A stretch of 64,000 nt of DNA from Anaeromyxobacteraceae bacterium (GCA_047602405.1 JASGHJ010000002.1:1632001-1696000); one strand, 5' to 3'. Counted from the first letter of the stretch, positions 8,593 through 21,433 are shown. Numbers and translations: made by a program. Notes: generated by a model from the letters alone, not told the origin.

Positions 8593-9450
8593 TCAGTGCC
8601 CGCCGCCACCGCCGGAGGAGCCGCCGGTGGACGAACCGCCGGTCGAGCCGGTGCCGGACGGACCGCTCGTGCCGGTGGAGCCCGTCGAGCCGCTGCCGCT
8701 CGTGCCGGTGCCCGAGGAGCCGCTCGACGAGCCGGAGCCGGTCGAGCCGCTGGACGAGCCGCTGCCGGAGCCGCCGGTCGATCCCGTGCCGTACGAGCCG
8801 CTGCCCGTGGACGAGCCGCTCGAGGAGCCGGTGCCGGTGTCGTAGGTGCCGCTGCCCGTGGACGAGCCCGACGAGCCCGTGGAGCCGGTCGAGCCGGAGC
8901 CCATGCCGCTCGAGGAACCCGTGCCGGTGGAGCCGGCGCTCATGACCTCGATGCGCGACACCTTCACGGTGTCGCCGGAGCCGGAGTAGCTCGCGCGGAT
9001 CTGGTCGCCCTCGCGGATGTCGGAGAGGGTCGCCTGCTGGCCGTCCTTCATCACCCGGACGTCGTCGGAGATCTTGAGCTTCTTGTCGGAGCTCGAGAGC
9101 CGGATCTCGTTGGAGGTGCGGTCGAAGCTCGAGACCGTGCCGGTGAGCTGCTTGTGCTTCGTGGTCGTGGTGGAGTCGGTCGCGGACGAGCCGGTGCCGC
9201 TCTGGCCGCTCGTCGAGCTGCCGGTCCCCATGGTGTCGGTCGAGCTCGAGCCCGTGCCGCTCTGGCCGCTCGTCGTGCCGCTCGTCGTGCCGCTCGACCC
9301 GGTGCTCTGATCACCCGTCGTCGAGCCGGCCGAGCCCGAGCCGGTCGTGCCGCCGGCCGAGCCGCCGGACTGCGCGGTGGCCGGCGTGGCGAGCGCGAGC
9401 AACCCCGCGACGCCGAAGCCCGCCATCGTTCCCCATGCCCATCGATTCAT
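8593..9450 (-). CDS. Secreted Gly/Ser/Thr-rich protein with a central small beta-rich domain
   Basis: Signal peptide (...ATPATA-Q); low-complexity flanks; core 'LTGTVSSFD...LKISDDVRVMKDG...LSDIREGDQIRASY...VSRIEV'. Confidence 0.8.
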   Translation of the reverse strand: MNRWAWGTMAGFGVAGLLALATPATAQSGGSAGGTTGSGSAGSTTGDQSTGSSGTTSGTTSGQSGTGSSSTDTMGTGSSTSGQSGTGSSATDSTTTTKHKQLTGTVSSFDRTSNEIRLSSSDKKLKISDDVRVMKDGQQATLSDIREGDQIRASYSGSGDTVKVSRIEVMSAGSTGTGSSSGMGSGSTGSTGSSGSSTGSGTYDTGTGSSSGSSTGSGSYGTGSTGGSGSGSSSGSTGSGSSSGSSGTGTSGSGSTGSTGTSGPSGTGSTGGSSTGGSSGGGGGH

Positions 9451-9564
9451 GTCCTGTCCCCTTCCTCTTCCCCGTTCCCGGGGCGAAGGCCGACCTCTTC
9501 ATGGGCGGCCCGTTGCTGGTGGAGCCCCAACGTTGGGCATCCGGGTGGGCGGTGTCAGACGGGC

Positions 9565-9594
9565 TTGCTACCTGAACGTGTGAGCAGCTAAGGT
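9565..9594 (+). promoter_or_regulatory. Sigma70-type promoter (TTGCTA-18-TAAGGT) containing a Myxococcus-type LexA (SOS) box at 9571-9587
   Basis: Reverse complement of 9571-9587 is CTGCTCACACGTTCAGG, matching the M. xanthus LexA consensus CTRHAMRYBYGTTCAGS (recalled) at 15/17; lies directly upstream of imuA. Confidence 0.75.
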
Positions 9595-9617
9595 TCGCGC
9601 GGGCAGGAAGCGTGGCC

Positions 9618-10385
9618 ATGGAGGCCGCGCGGGTGAAAGCGATGCCGTCCCTCTCCGAAGCTCAGGCCGTGCAGTCCTCGCAGGAAGCCGTGCTGGACCG
9701 GCTGCGCGAGGAGATCCGGCGCATCGAGCGGCGACCCGCCCGCCGGGCCGGAGCCGTGCCGTGCGGCGTCGAGGCGGTCGACGCGGCGCTCGGCGGCGGG
9801 TTCCGGCGCGGCGCGCTGACCGAGCTCTCGGGCGGCCCGGCGAGCGGCAAGACCGCCGCCGCGCTCGCGCTCCTCGCGGCGCTCGGCCCGCGGGACCTCG
9901 CGGCCTGGGTGGACGCCGGCTGGGCCGACGGGCGGGGTGGGCTGTACCCGCCGGCCGCCGCGGCGCTCGGCGTGGATCTCGGGCGGCTGCTCCTCGTGCG
10001 GCCGGGCGCCGGCGCCTCCGCGCGGCGCGGAGCCCCGGGCGGCGGCGGGCCGATGCAGCCGGGCCGGGAGGCGCCCTGGGTCGTCGCCCTCTGGGCGGGC
10101 GAGGCGCTGCTCGCGTCGGGTGCGTTCGCGGCGGTGGTGCTCGACGTGCCGGTGCCCGCCGCGCACGTCCGCGGCGCGGACTCCATGGTCAGGCGGCTCC
10201 AGGCGGCGGTGGAGAAGGGCGGGACAATCGGGATCTGGCTCTCCCGCACGCGGGCGAGCGGCGCGCTCCGGGTGCCGGCGGCGGCGCGCGTGGAGCTGGA
10301 GGCGGCCCCGGAGGCGCCCGCCTCGCGGGCCTCCTCGAGGCCGGTGGCGCCGAAGCCCACGGGGAGGATCCACCGTGTTGCGTGA
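9618..10385 (+). CDS. imuA: ImuA/RecA-like translesion synthesis accessory protein
   Basis: RecA-like 'VDAALGGGFRRGALTELSGGPASGKT', 'LYPPAAAALGVDLGRLLLVRP'; first gene of the cassette. Confidence 0.85.
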   Translation: MEAARVKAMPSLSEAQAVQSSQEAVLDRLREEIRRIERRPARRAGAVPCGVEAVDAALGGGFRRGALTELSGGPASGKTAAALALLAALGPRDLAAWVDAGWADGRGGLYPPAAAALGVDLGRLLLVRPGAGASARRGAPGGGGPMQPGREAPWVVALWAGEALLASGAFAAVVLDVPVPAAHVRGADSMVRRLQAAVEKGGTIGIWLSRTRASGALRVPAAARVELEAAPEAPASRASSRPVAPKPTGRIHRVA

Positions 10386-12052
10386 GCGCGACCTCGACGC
10401 CGGGAGAGGACGCTCGCCGGCCGGTCCGGCCCGGGTGCTCGCGCTCTGCATCCCGGAGCTCCCGCTCCAGCGGCTGCTCCGGCGGCGCGTGGACGAGGGC
10501 GTCGATCGCCCGGTCGCGATCCTCTCGGAGGGGAGGGTCGTGCACTGCGACGCGGCCGCGCGCGCCGCCGGCGTGCGGCCGGGGCAGACGCCGGCCGAGG
10601 CGCTCTCCGCCTGCGGGCGGCTCGAGGGCGTGCCGCTCGACGCCGCGGCCGACCTCGCGGCGCTCAGGGCGCTCGCCGAGACCGTCCTCCTCCTCGCGCC
10701 GGCGGTGGAGCTCTCCGCGCCGGACGTGCTCCTCCTCGACGCCTCGGCCGCGCACCTGCTCGCGCCCGCGGGCGCCGGCCCGGAGGCCGCGGAGCGGATC
10801 CTCGCCGCCCGGGCGCTCGCCGCCGCGGCGGAGATGGGCTACTCGGCGCGGGCCGCGGTGGCGAGCGGGCGCGCGCCGGCCATGGCGCTCGCCCGGCACG
10901 GCCGCGGGTTCGCGCCGGCCGAGGGACCGCAGGGGAGCCCGGGACGGCCGGGGCGGGGCGGGTGGCTGCGCGTGGCGCCCGGCGACGTCGCCCGGGCGCT
11001 CGCGGGGCTGCCGCTCGAGTCGCTCGGGCTCGGGCCCGCGGTGGTCGGCCGGCTGCGGGCGCTGGGCGTGGCCGACGCGGGGGCGCTCGTGCGGCTGCCG
11101 CAGGGCTCGCTCGCCCACCGGTTCGGCCCGGAGGGCGTGCGGGCCGCGCGGCTCGCACGCGGCGAGGACGGCGGCCCGCTCGTGCCGTACGCGCCGGAGA
11201 CGCTGCCGGAGGAGGGGCTCGAGCTCGAGGGCCCCGCCGAGAGCGCCGAGCCGCTGCTCTTCGGGCTGAAGCGGCTCGCCGACCGGGTGGCGGCGCGGCT
11301 CGCCGGCCGCGGCCTCGGCGCGACGCGCCTGCGGGTCACGCTGAAGCTCGACCCGCGCGGCGAGGAGCGGCTCCTCGTGCCGCTCGCGCAGCCGAGCGCC
11401 TCGGCCGCGCGCTGGCTCGCGCCGGTGAAGGAGCTCGTCTTCTCGCTCCGGCTCCCCGGCGCGGTGGTGGCGCTCCGGCTGGCCGCGCTCGAGGTGGCCG
11501 CGCTGCCCGCCGAGCAGCTCGCCTTCGGCGATCGGCCCGAGGCGCTCCAGGCGCTCGAGATCGTGCTCGCGCGCCTGGCGACGCGGCTCGGCGACGGCGC
11601 GCTCTTCGCCGCGGAGCCGGTGGAGCGCTACCGGCCGGAGGGGGCGTACCGGCCGGTCCCGTTCAGATCCACGGAGCGCCGCCAGGGCGAGGCGCGCCGA
11701 GCGCCCCGGGAACGAGGCAAGGCTCGAGGAGCCAGCGAGCCCGCGCCCGAGCCCGGACCGCCCCCGCCGCGGCCGACCCGGCTGCTCTCGCCGCCGGTGC
11801 ACGTCGTCGCGGAGGGCGAGGGCGGGCGGCTCACGGCGCTGCGCCTGCCGTTCTCGTTCGACGGAGGCGGGGCGGAGCGGGCCGTGCTCGACCTCTCCGG
11901 CCCGGAGCGGCTCCAGGGCGAGTGGTGGGGTGGGGAGGGCGCGCCCTTCGAATCGCGACTACTTCCGGATCCGCCTCGAGGGGCTGGGGGACTGCTGGGT
12001 GTACCGGGACGGGGTGGACGGGCGGCTGTGGCTGCACGGGTTCTTCGACTGA
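10375..12052 (+). CDS. imuB: ImuB, Y-family polymerase-like protein (apparent +1 frameshift at ~11951)
   Basis: IMS-like N-terminus; C-terminal 'GPERLQGEWW...[fs]RDYFRI...WVYRD...LWLHGFFD*' restored by removing one A. Confidence 0.88.
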
Positions 12053-12076
12053 GGGAAGCGTCTTCGAGGGAGAGCG

Positions 12077-15000
12077 ATGCCGCGCTACGCCGAGCTCCGC
12101 TGGCAGGTCCTGCTTCTCCTTCCTCGAGGGGGCGAGCCAGCCCGAGGAGCTCGTCGCCCGCGCCCACGACCTCGGGCTCTCGGCGCTCGCGCTCACCGAC
12201 GTGAACGGCCTCTACGGCGCCGTGCGGGCCCACGCCGAGGCGAAGCGGCGCGGGCTGCCGATGCTCGTCGGGGCCGAGCTCATGGTGGAGGGCCTCGTCT
12301 CGGGCCGCAAGGCGCCGGTGGTCCTCCTCGCGATGGACCGCGAGGGCTACGCGAACCTCTGCCGGCTCGCGACCGCCGCGCACGGGGGTGATCCGGTCGG
12401 GCAAGCGGGGCCGCGGCGCGAGAAGGCCGACGTGGCCGTCCCGCTCGCGCTCCTCGCCGGGCGCACGCAGGGGCTCTTCGCGCTCTACCCGGGCGCCGAC
12501 GGCGACGCGGCCGCGCGCCTCGAGAACGCCTTCGGGCGCCACCGGCTCGCGCTCGCGGTGACCCGCCACCGGATCGCCGGCGAGGAGGCGAAGGTCGCCG
12601 CGGCGCGGGCGGTGGCGGGCCGGCTCGGCGTGCGGGTGGCGGTCGTGAACGACGTGCACACCCACGACCGGCGCCGCCAGCCGCTGCAGGACGTCCTCAC
12701 CTGCATCCGCCACGGCACCACCGTGGACCGGGCGGGCCGCCGGCTCTTCCCGAACGCCGAGCGCACGCTCAAGGGGCCCGAGGAGATGGCGCGGCTCTGG
12801 GCAGACTTCCCGGAGGGGCTCGAGGCCGCCGCCGAGATCGCGGACGCCTGCGCCTTCCGGCTCGCCGAGATCCGGGGCGAGCACCCGCTGCCGCCGGTGG
12901 TGGTCGATCCCGCCACGCTCGCCGGCGGCGCCGCGGTCTCGCTCTCGAGCCCGGGGCAGGCGGACCGGGAGGTCGGCGCGGTGCCGTCGCCGCGGCTCAG
13001 GACCTCGGCGGGGCTCCCGGTCCGTCCCTCGTCTCCGCCGTGGCCTGAGGCCACGGCGACGCTCGGGACGAGCGGATCCACGGAGAGCCTGGGGCCCGGG
13101 GCGGACCGTCCCGGGGTGGGCCCGCTGCCCGAGACCGTGGCCGACGGGGAGGGCGGCGGGCTGGGCGGCATGGCGCTCCTGCGCGAGCTCGTCCGCGAGG
13201 GCGCGCGCTGGCGCTACGGCGGCGAGCCGCCCGACGACGTCGCCCGGCAGCTCGCGAAGGAGCTCGCGCTCGTCGAGGAGCTCCGCTACGCGAGCTACTT
13301 CCTCACCGTCTGGGACATCGTCCGCTTCGCGCGCTCGCGCGGGATCCTCTGCCAGGGGCGCGGCAGCGCCGCCAACTCGGCGGTCTGCTACGTGCTCGGC
13401 ATCACCTCCATCGACCCGGTGCGGATGGGGCTCCTCTTCGAGCGGTTCCTCTCCGCCGAGCGCGGCGAGCCGCCCGACATCGACGTCGACTTCGAGCACG
13501 AGCGGCGCGAGGAGGTCATCCAGTACGTCTACGAGCGCTATGGCCGCGACCGCGCCGGGATGGTCTGCGAGGTCATCACCTACCGCGGGAAGTCGGCGCT
13601 CCGCGACGTGGGGAAGGCGCTGGGGCTCTCGCTCGGCCAGGTCGACCGGCTCGCGAAGCTCGTGGGCGCCTACGAGGACCTCACGGCGGTCGGGCCGGAG
13701 CTTCTCGCCCACGCCGGGCTCGACGGCGCCGACTCGGAGCGGGTCCGGCTCACGCTCTCGCTCGCGAAGGAGATCCAGGGCTTCCCACGGCACCTCTCCA
13801 TCCACGTGGGCGGCTTCGTCATCACCCGCCGCCCGCTCTCGGAGACCGTGCCCATCGAGCCCGCCTCCATGCCGGGCCGGACCATCGTCCAGTGGGACAA
13901 GGACGATCTCGCCGAGCTCGACCTCCTCAAGGTCGACCTCCTCGCCCTCGGCATGCTCACGGCCCTCTCCCGTGGGCTCGCGGCGCTCGCCGCGCAGCGG
14001 CCCGCGCCGGCGCTCGAGACGGCGCGGCCGCACCCGGACTCGCTCGCCACCATCCCGGCGGAGGACCCGGCGGTCTACGAGATGCTGTCCCGGGCCGACT
14101 CGATCGGCGTGTTCCAGGTGGAGTCGCGCGCGCAGATGGGGCTCGCCCCGCGCATGAAGCCGCGCTGCTTCTACGACCTCGTCATCTCGGTCGCGATCAT
14201 CCGGCCCGGGCCGATCCAGGGCGGCATGGTCCACCCGTACCTGCGCCGCCGCGACGGGCTCGAGGAGGTCCACTACCCGTACCCGCCGCTCGAGCCGGTG
14301 CTCGCGCGCACGCTCGGGGTGCCGCTCTTCCAGGAGCAGGCGATGCGGCTCGCGGTGGTCGCGGCCGGCTTCACGCCCGGCGAGGCCGACGAGCTGCGCC
14401 GGGTGATGACCCACCGCCGCTCGCACGAGAAGCTCATGGCCATCAAGGAGCGGGTGGTCTCGGGCATGGCCGCCCGGGGCATCGCAGCCGGCGACGCCGA
14501 GCAGATCCACCACCAGCTCCTCGGCTTCGCCGGCTACGGCTTCCCGGAGTCGCACGCCGCGTCCTTCGCGCTGCTCGTCTACGCCTCGGCCTGGCTGCGC
14601 CGGTACCACCCCGCCGTCTTCACCTGCGCGCTCGTGAACAGCCAGCCCATGGGCTTCTACGCGCCGCACACGCTCGTCGAGGACGCGAAGCGCCACGGCG
14701 TCGAGGTGCGCCCGGTGGACGTCACCGCGAGCGCCTGGGAGTCGACGCTGGAGGGGAAGGTGGCCGGCCGGCCCTCCGAGCCCGGCGAGTCCCCGGCCAT
14801 CCGGATTGGCCTCTCCGCCATCCGCGGCCTGCCGCGCGCGGTGGGCGACGCGATCGTGGCCGCCCGCAGGGAGGCGCCGTTCGAGGGGCTCGGCGACCTC
14901 GCGCGCCGGGCCGGGCTCTCGAAGGCCTGGCTCGTCCGGCTCGCCGAGGCGGGCGCGCTCGGGGCCCTCGCCCCCGATCGCCGCGCCGCGCTCTGGCGCG

Positions 15001-15564
15001 CGCTGGCGTTGCCGGGGACCGGACCGCGCCTCCGCACCCGCGCCACGGAGGCCACGCCCGGGGGCGACGGCCTCCGGCCCGGCGGAGATCGGCGACCTCT
15101 TCGCCGGCGTCGCGCCGGAGGAGCCCGACGCCGAGCTCCCCGCCGCGACCGCCTCCGAGGAGGTCTCCGCCGACTTCGCGACGACCGGCCTCTCGGTGAA
15201 GGGGCACCCCATGGCGATGATGCGCGGCGCGCTCGGCGGCGGGCGGGTCCGCACCGCCCGCGAGCTCTCCCGGCTGCCGGACAAGAGCCCGGTCGAGATC
15301 GCCGGCCTCGTCATCGTCCGCCAGCGCCCGGAGACCGCGCACGGCATCGTCTTCGTGAGCCTCGAGGACGAGACCGGCATCGCGAACCTCGTGGTGATGC
15401 CCGACGTCTACGAGAAGTTCCGCCCGGTGGTCCGCCAGGCCCCGTTCCTGGTCGCCCGCGGCCAGGTGGAGCGCACCGGCGCGGTGGTGAACGTGAAGGT
15501 GGACTCGGTGTCCCCGCTGGCGCTCGCGCCGCCGGTCGGCGAGCGGGCGCGGAACTTCCATTGA
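12077..15564 (+). CDS. dnaE2: Error-prone DNA polymerase DnaE2/ImuC (apparent +1 frameshifts at ~12102 and ~15085)
   Basis: PHP N-terminus (YAELR..S.FSFLEGAS.PEEL), GRGSAANS, PPDIDVDFE, GFPESHA, OB domain 'RQRPETA', C-terminal 'ARNFH'. Confidence 0.93.
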
Positions 15565-15571
15565 GGGGGAG

Positions 15572-16115
15572 CTACCCGGCGTCCGCGGCGGGCTCCGCGA
15601 CCGGGTGGACGAGCGTGATGCGCATCGGTAGCCCTGCGCCGGCGAGGTCGTCGAGCACGCCCTGCGCCGTCTGCTCGTCGGGGACTGCGAGGTAGGCGCT
15701 CCCGGGCTTGCCGTCGGCCGTCGGTCCGCGGCCTCCCTCGACGACGATGTCCCGCTGCTCCGCGGCGCGATCGAGCGCCGCGAAGGCTGACTGTGCGTCG
15801 CCCCGGGGGTCGACGAGCGCGTAGTGGAGGATCATCAACCACCGGCGGCTGTCCTCCATGAGCTGGGCGCAGATCTCGTCGTACTCGAGCCCGCCGAGAT
15901 CGACGGCGAGGCGCCCGTCCTCGTCGGGGCGCACGAGGAAGACGTCCTCGTAGGTGGGCTTCGCGTGCAGGAAGGGGACGTTCGCGAGCTTCACGAAGCG
16001 GGCGCCGGGCGCCGTCGTGGACGGACCGAGGTCCTCGGCCCACGGGGTCTCGACGTACTCGCCGTGCTCGTGGAGCACGATCTCTGATCAGCTTCCGACG
16101 GTCGGCGCGCCACAT
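15572..16115 (-). CDS. DUF4265-like hypothetical protein (probable +1 frameshift at ~16083)
   Basis: 'ETPWAE...LANVPFLH..PTYEDVF' resembles DUF4265; ATG 16115 lies 6 nt after TACGCT and joins the 15572..16078 ORF after removing one base next to GATC. Confidence 0.6.
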
Positions 16116-16192
16116 GAGCGGAGCGTACGCCCGGGCTCTGTCACGCGCAGTGGGAGGAGGCCCGCGACGAGCCGGCCAGGTAAGATGAGTCA

Positions 16193-16651
16193 ATGTCCGA
16201 CCACCGTTGGCCTCCGGGCCGGGTTCTCCTCGCCGTGGTTGCGGTCGTCACCTGTTCAGCCGCCTTCGGCTGCGCCCACGGCCCGGGCGCCTACGAGGAC
16301 GAGGCCGGGAACTGGCAGCGCGCGTTCCAGACCGACCAGCCGGCGGGGATCCAGGTGCTCCGCTCGCGCGTGGTGCGCCTCGGCTCGGGCGGCACGCTCG
16401 GCTGGTTCTTCCTGCGCGCGACGCCGGCGCGCGAGGCCGAGCTCTTCCGGAACGACCTCGAGCCGGTGCCGGACGCGGAGGCGAAGGTCGTGCGGGCCGA
16501 CGCCCGCGGCGGGCCTGCGTGGTTCGCGCCCAGCGCGGTCTCGAGCTACGCGGTCTGGCGGACGGCGGCCGGGAAGGAGTTCCTGCCGGTGATCCTGATC
16601 TTCAAGGACCGGGACACCGGCGCGCTGTACGTGCACATCCACCCGCGGTGA
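16193..16651 (+). CDS. Hypothetical lipoprotein
   Basis: Hydrophobic signal with lipobox-like 'AFGC'; TAAGAT -10-like box 6 nt upstream of the ATG. Confidence 0.7.
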   Translation: MSDHRWPPGRVLLAVVAVVTCSAAFGCAHGPGAYEDEAGNWQRAFQTDQPAGIQVLRSRVVRLGSGGTLGWFFLRATPAREAELFRNDLEPVPDAEAKVVRADARGGPAWFAPSAVSSYAVWRTAAGKEFLPVILIFKDRDTGALYVHIHPR

Positions 16652-16765
16652 GGGGGCCGTGGTCGGGACATCACCCGCCTCCTCGTTCGCGGAGTCCTGC
16701 GGGGCGGCGGTCAATGACAACCTGTCAAAGCCAAGAAACACCGTGGGTTACACGAGATAATTCGC

Positions 16766-16785
16766 TGGTTCAACCGGTTGAACCA
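16766..16785. promoter_or_regulatory. Perfect 20-bp palindrome TGGTTCAACCGGTTGAACCA (operator-like)
   Basis: Exact inverted repeat within an AT-rich patch. Confidence 0.6.
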
Positions 16786-16795
16786 AGAAAAATGA

Positions 16796-17314
16796 CTACG
16801 GCAGGCCCGTGAGCTCCTTCACGTACTCGTGAAGCACGGTCTCGCGCTCGCCGAGCTTCCGGGGCGGGAAGACCTTGTCGTCCGTGAAGCCGACCGCCTC
16901 CCAGAACCGCCGGCCGCGCACGTTCTGGTCGGTCGCGGCGAGGCGGAGCGAGTCGAAGCCCTCGGCGGCGAGCGCGACCTCGAGCGCCGCGAGGACCTCC
17001 TTGCCGAGGCCCTGGCCACGCGCCTCGGGCGCCAGCACGAAGTTGCCGAGGTAGGCCTCGCGGGCGCGGCGGAAGTCGCGCAGCACCTCGACGTGGCCGA
17101 AGGTGGCGCCGTCTCGCAGGAGCAGGAGGAAGACCTTGTCGGCGGGCGTCTTCCCGGGCGGGCCGTCCAGGAGCGCCTGGGCGGCCTCGTCGGGCCGGGG
17201 AGGGCGGCCGAACTCCTGCTCGAAGAATCCGGCGCAGCGCTCGAAGAGCGCCTGCAGCTCGGGGAGGCGATCGCGCGCGTCGACGGAGGTCCAGCCTGGG
17301 CCACAGAGGTGCAC
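16796..17314 (-). CDS. GNAT-family N-acetyltransferase
   Basis: Motif A 'VLAPEARGQGLGKEV', 'N..GRRFWEAVGF'; GTG 17314 lies 6 nt after TACCTT. Confidence 0.85.
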   Translation of the reverse strand: MHLCGPGWTSVDARDRLPELQALFERCAGFFEQEFGRPPRPDEAAQALLDGPPGKTPADKVFLLLLRDGATFGHVEVLRDFRRAREAYLGNFVLAPEARGQGLGKEVLAALEVALAAEGFDSLRLAATDQNVRGRRFWEAVGFTDDKVFPPRKLGERETVLHEYVKELTGLP

Positions 17315-17421
17315 GGCGGGAAGGTAGCAGAGCGCGGAGCGCGTGGGCGCCGCGCAGCGGCGGGCCCCGGCGGCGTGCTTCTTCGAGTGGGTGGCGCGGC
17401 GGGGTACGCTGGCCGGCACGC

Positions 17422-18183
17422 ATGCGGCTCCCGGACCTCGCGCTCCTCGCGCCACTCCCCGCCATCGCCGTGGGCGCAGCCATCGCCTCGCGTCACGGCG
17501 TCGCTCCGGCGGCGTTCCTGCCGGGGCTCCTCGCGGTCGTGCCGGGCGCGGCGCTCGCCTGGGCCGCGGCGTGGAGCCGGGAGCTCCCGCGGTGGGCCTC
17601 CTCTGCGGCGCTCGTCCTCGTCGCGGCGACGCTCCTCGCGCCCGGCGTGGAGGGCGTGCACCGGTGGCTCCCGCTCGGGCCGGTCCGCCTGAACGCCTCG
17701 GCCGCGCTCGCGCCGTGGCTCCTCGCGGCCGCCCTGGCCGAGCCGGGCCTGCGAACGCTGGCGGCGCTGGTCCTCGCCCAGCTCGTCCACCTCGCGCAGC
17801 CGGACGCCGCCCAGGCGACGGCGCTCGCCGTGGGGGCGCTCCCGATCGTCCTCTCCGGCCGCACGGCCCTCGGCGCAGCGGCGGCGACCCTCCTGACCGG
17901 CCTCGCCGCCGGCGCGTGGCTCCGGGACGACCCGCTCCAGCCCGTGGCACACGTGGAGGGGATCCTGGACCTCGCCTGGCAGGCCGGGCCGGCGTGGCTC
18001 GGCGCGGCGCTCCTCGCGCTCGCGCTGGCCTTCCTCCCGCTCGCACGCCGCCCGGCCGCACTCGGCTACCTCGCCGCGGCGACCCTCTGCACGTTCGGCG
18101 GCGCCTTCCCGGTCCCGCTCCTCGGCGCGGGCGCCGCACACGTCCTCGGCTGGTATGGGCTCCTCGCGCTGGCCCGCCGCTGA
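17422..18183 (+). CDS. Membrane protein, short FtsW/RodA (SEDS)-like
   Basis: Multiple TM segments; 'GVEGVHRWLPLGPVRLN' and 'LAQPD' resemble SEDS motifs. Confidence 0.6.
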   Translation: MRLPDLALLAPLPAIAVGAAIASRHGVAPAAFLPGLLAVVPGAALAWAAAWSRELPRWASSAALVLVAATLLAPGVEGVHRWLPLGPVRLNASAALAPWLLAAALAEPGLRTLAALVLAQLVHLAQPDAAQATALAVGALPIVLSGRTALGAAAATLLTGLAAGAWLRDDPLQPVAHVEGILDLAWQAGPAWLGAALLALALAFLPLARRPAALGYLAAATLCTFGGAFPVPLLGAGAAHVLGWYGLLALARR

Positions 18184-18189
18184 AGAGAA

Positions 18190-18220
18190 GACGCCCGGGG
18201 CCTCTCGGCGCCCGGGCGTC
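18190..18220 (-). terminator. Probable intrinsic terminator downstream of nrdJ, between convergent genes
   Basis: GACGCCCGGG/CCCGGGCGTC stem followed on the minus strand by TTCTCTTC. Confidence 0.6.
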
Positions 18221-18275
18221 ATGACCTCTCGGTCTCTTCACACCCTGGGCGCGCGCGGAGCGCGCGCCAGGGGCA

Positions 18276-21088
<2,813 letters not shown>

Positions 21089-21251
21089 CGCGTGCTTCCT
21101 TTCCCCGCGGCGCCCCCTGGGCCGACCGCGGGCAAACGACTGCCCCTTCGGCCGCGGGCGGTTGGCCCACGGTCGTTCAAGAAAAGAGATGACACTCCGG
21201 CCGGCCCGCGTTCGATGAGCCGGAGGATCTAGCTACTGGTTCGGTCTGACA

Positions 21252-21323
21252 GTGCTGCAGGCAGCGGAGCTGGAGGCTCCGCTGCGGGTGCTGCTGGCAG
21301 CGGAGCAGAACGCTCCGCTGGGT
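21252..21323. repeat. Tandem 36-bp repeat, each unit forming a 9-bp hairpin
   Basis: GTGCTGC(A/T)GG-CAGCGGAGC-N5-GCTCCGCTG in two copies (21252-21287 and 21288-21323). Confidence 0.8.
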
Positions 21324-21398
21324 CCTCTGCGCGCTTCGCCGTCCCGCCCGTCCATCCCGCCGCCCTCCTGCGAAAAGCGCCAGAAGGCGCAATCGCGG

Positions 21399-21426
21399 AC
21401 ATTATCGAATCGGAAAAGCATGTCAA
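21399..21426 (-). promoter_or_regulatory. Sigma70-type promoter for nrdJ (TTGACA-16-TAATGT)
   Basis: Reverse complement of TGTCAA 21421-26 and of ACATTA 21399-404. Confidence 0.6.
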
Positions 21427-21433
21427 GGCATGA

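Noticed and set aside
12900..13170. Intein in DnaE2
   Set aside because: No N-terminal Cys/Ser block, no C-terminal His-Asn and no endonuclease motifs; simple low-complexity linker
21252..21323. Mini CRISPR array
   Set aside because: Only two directly adjacent units, no spacers and no cas genes
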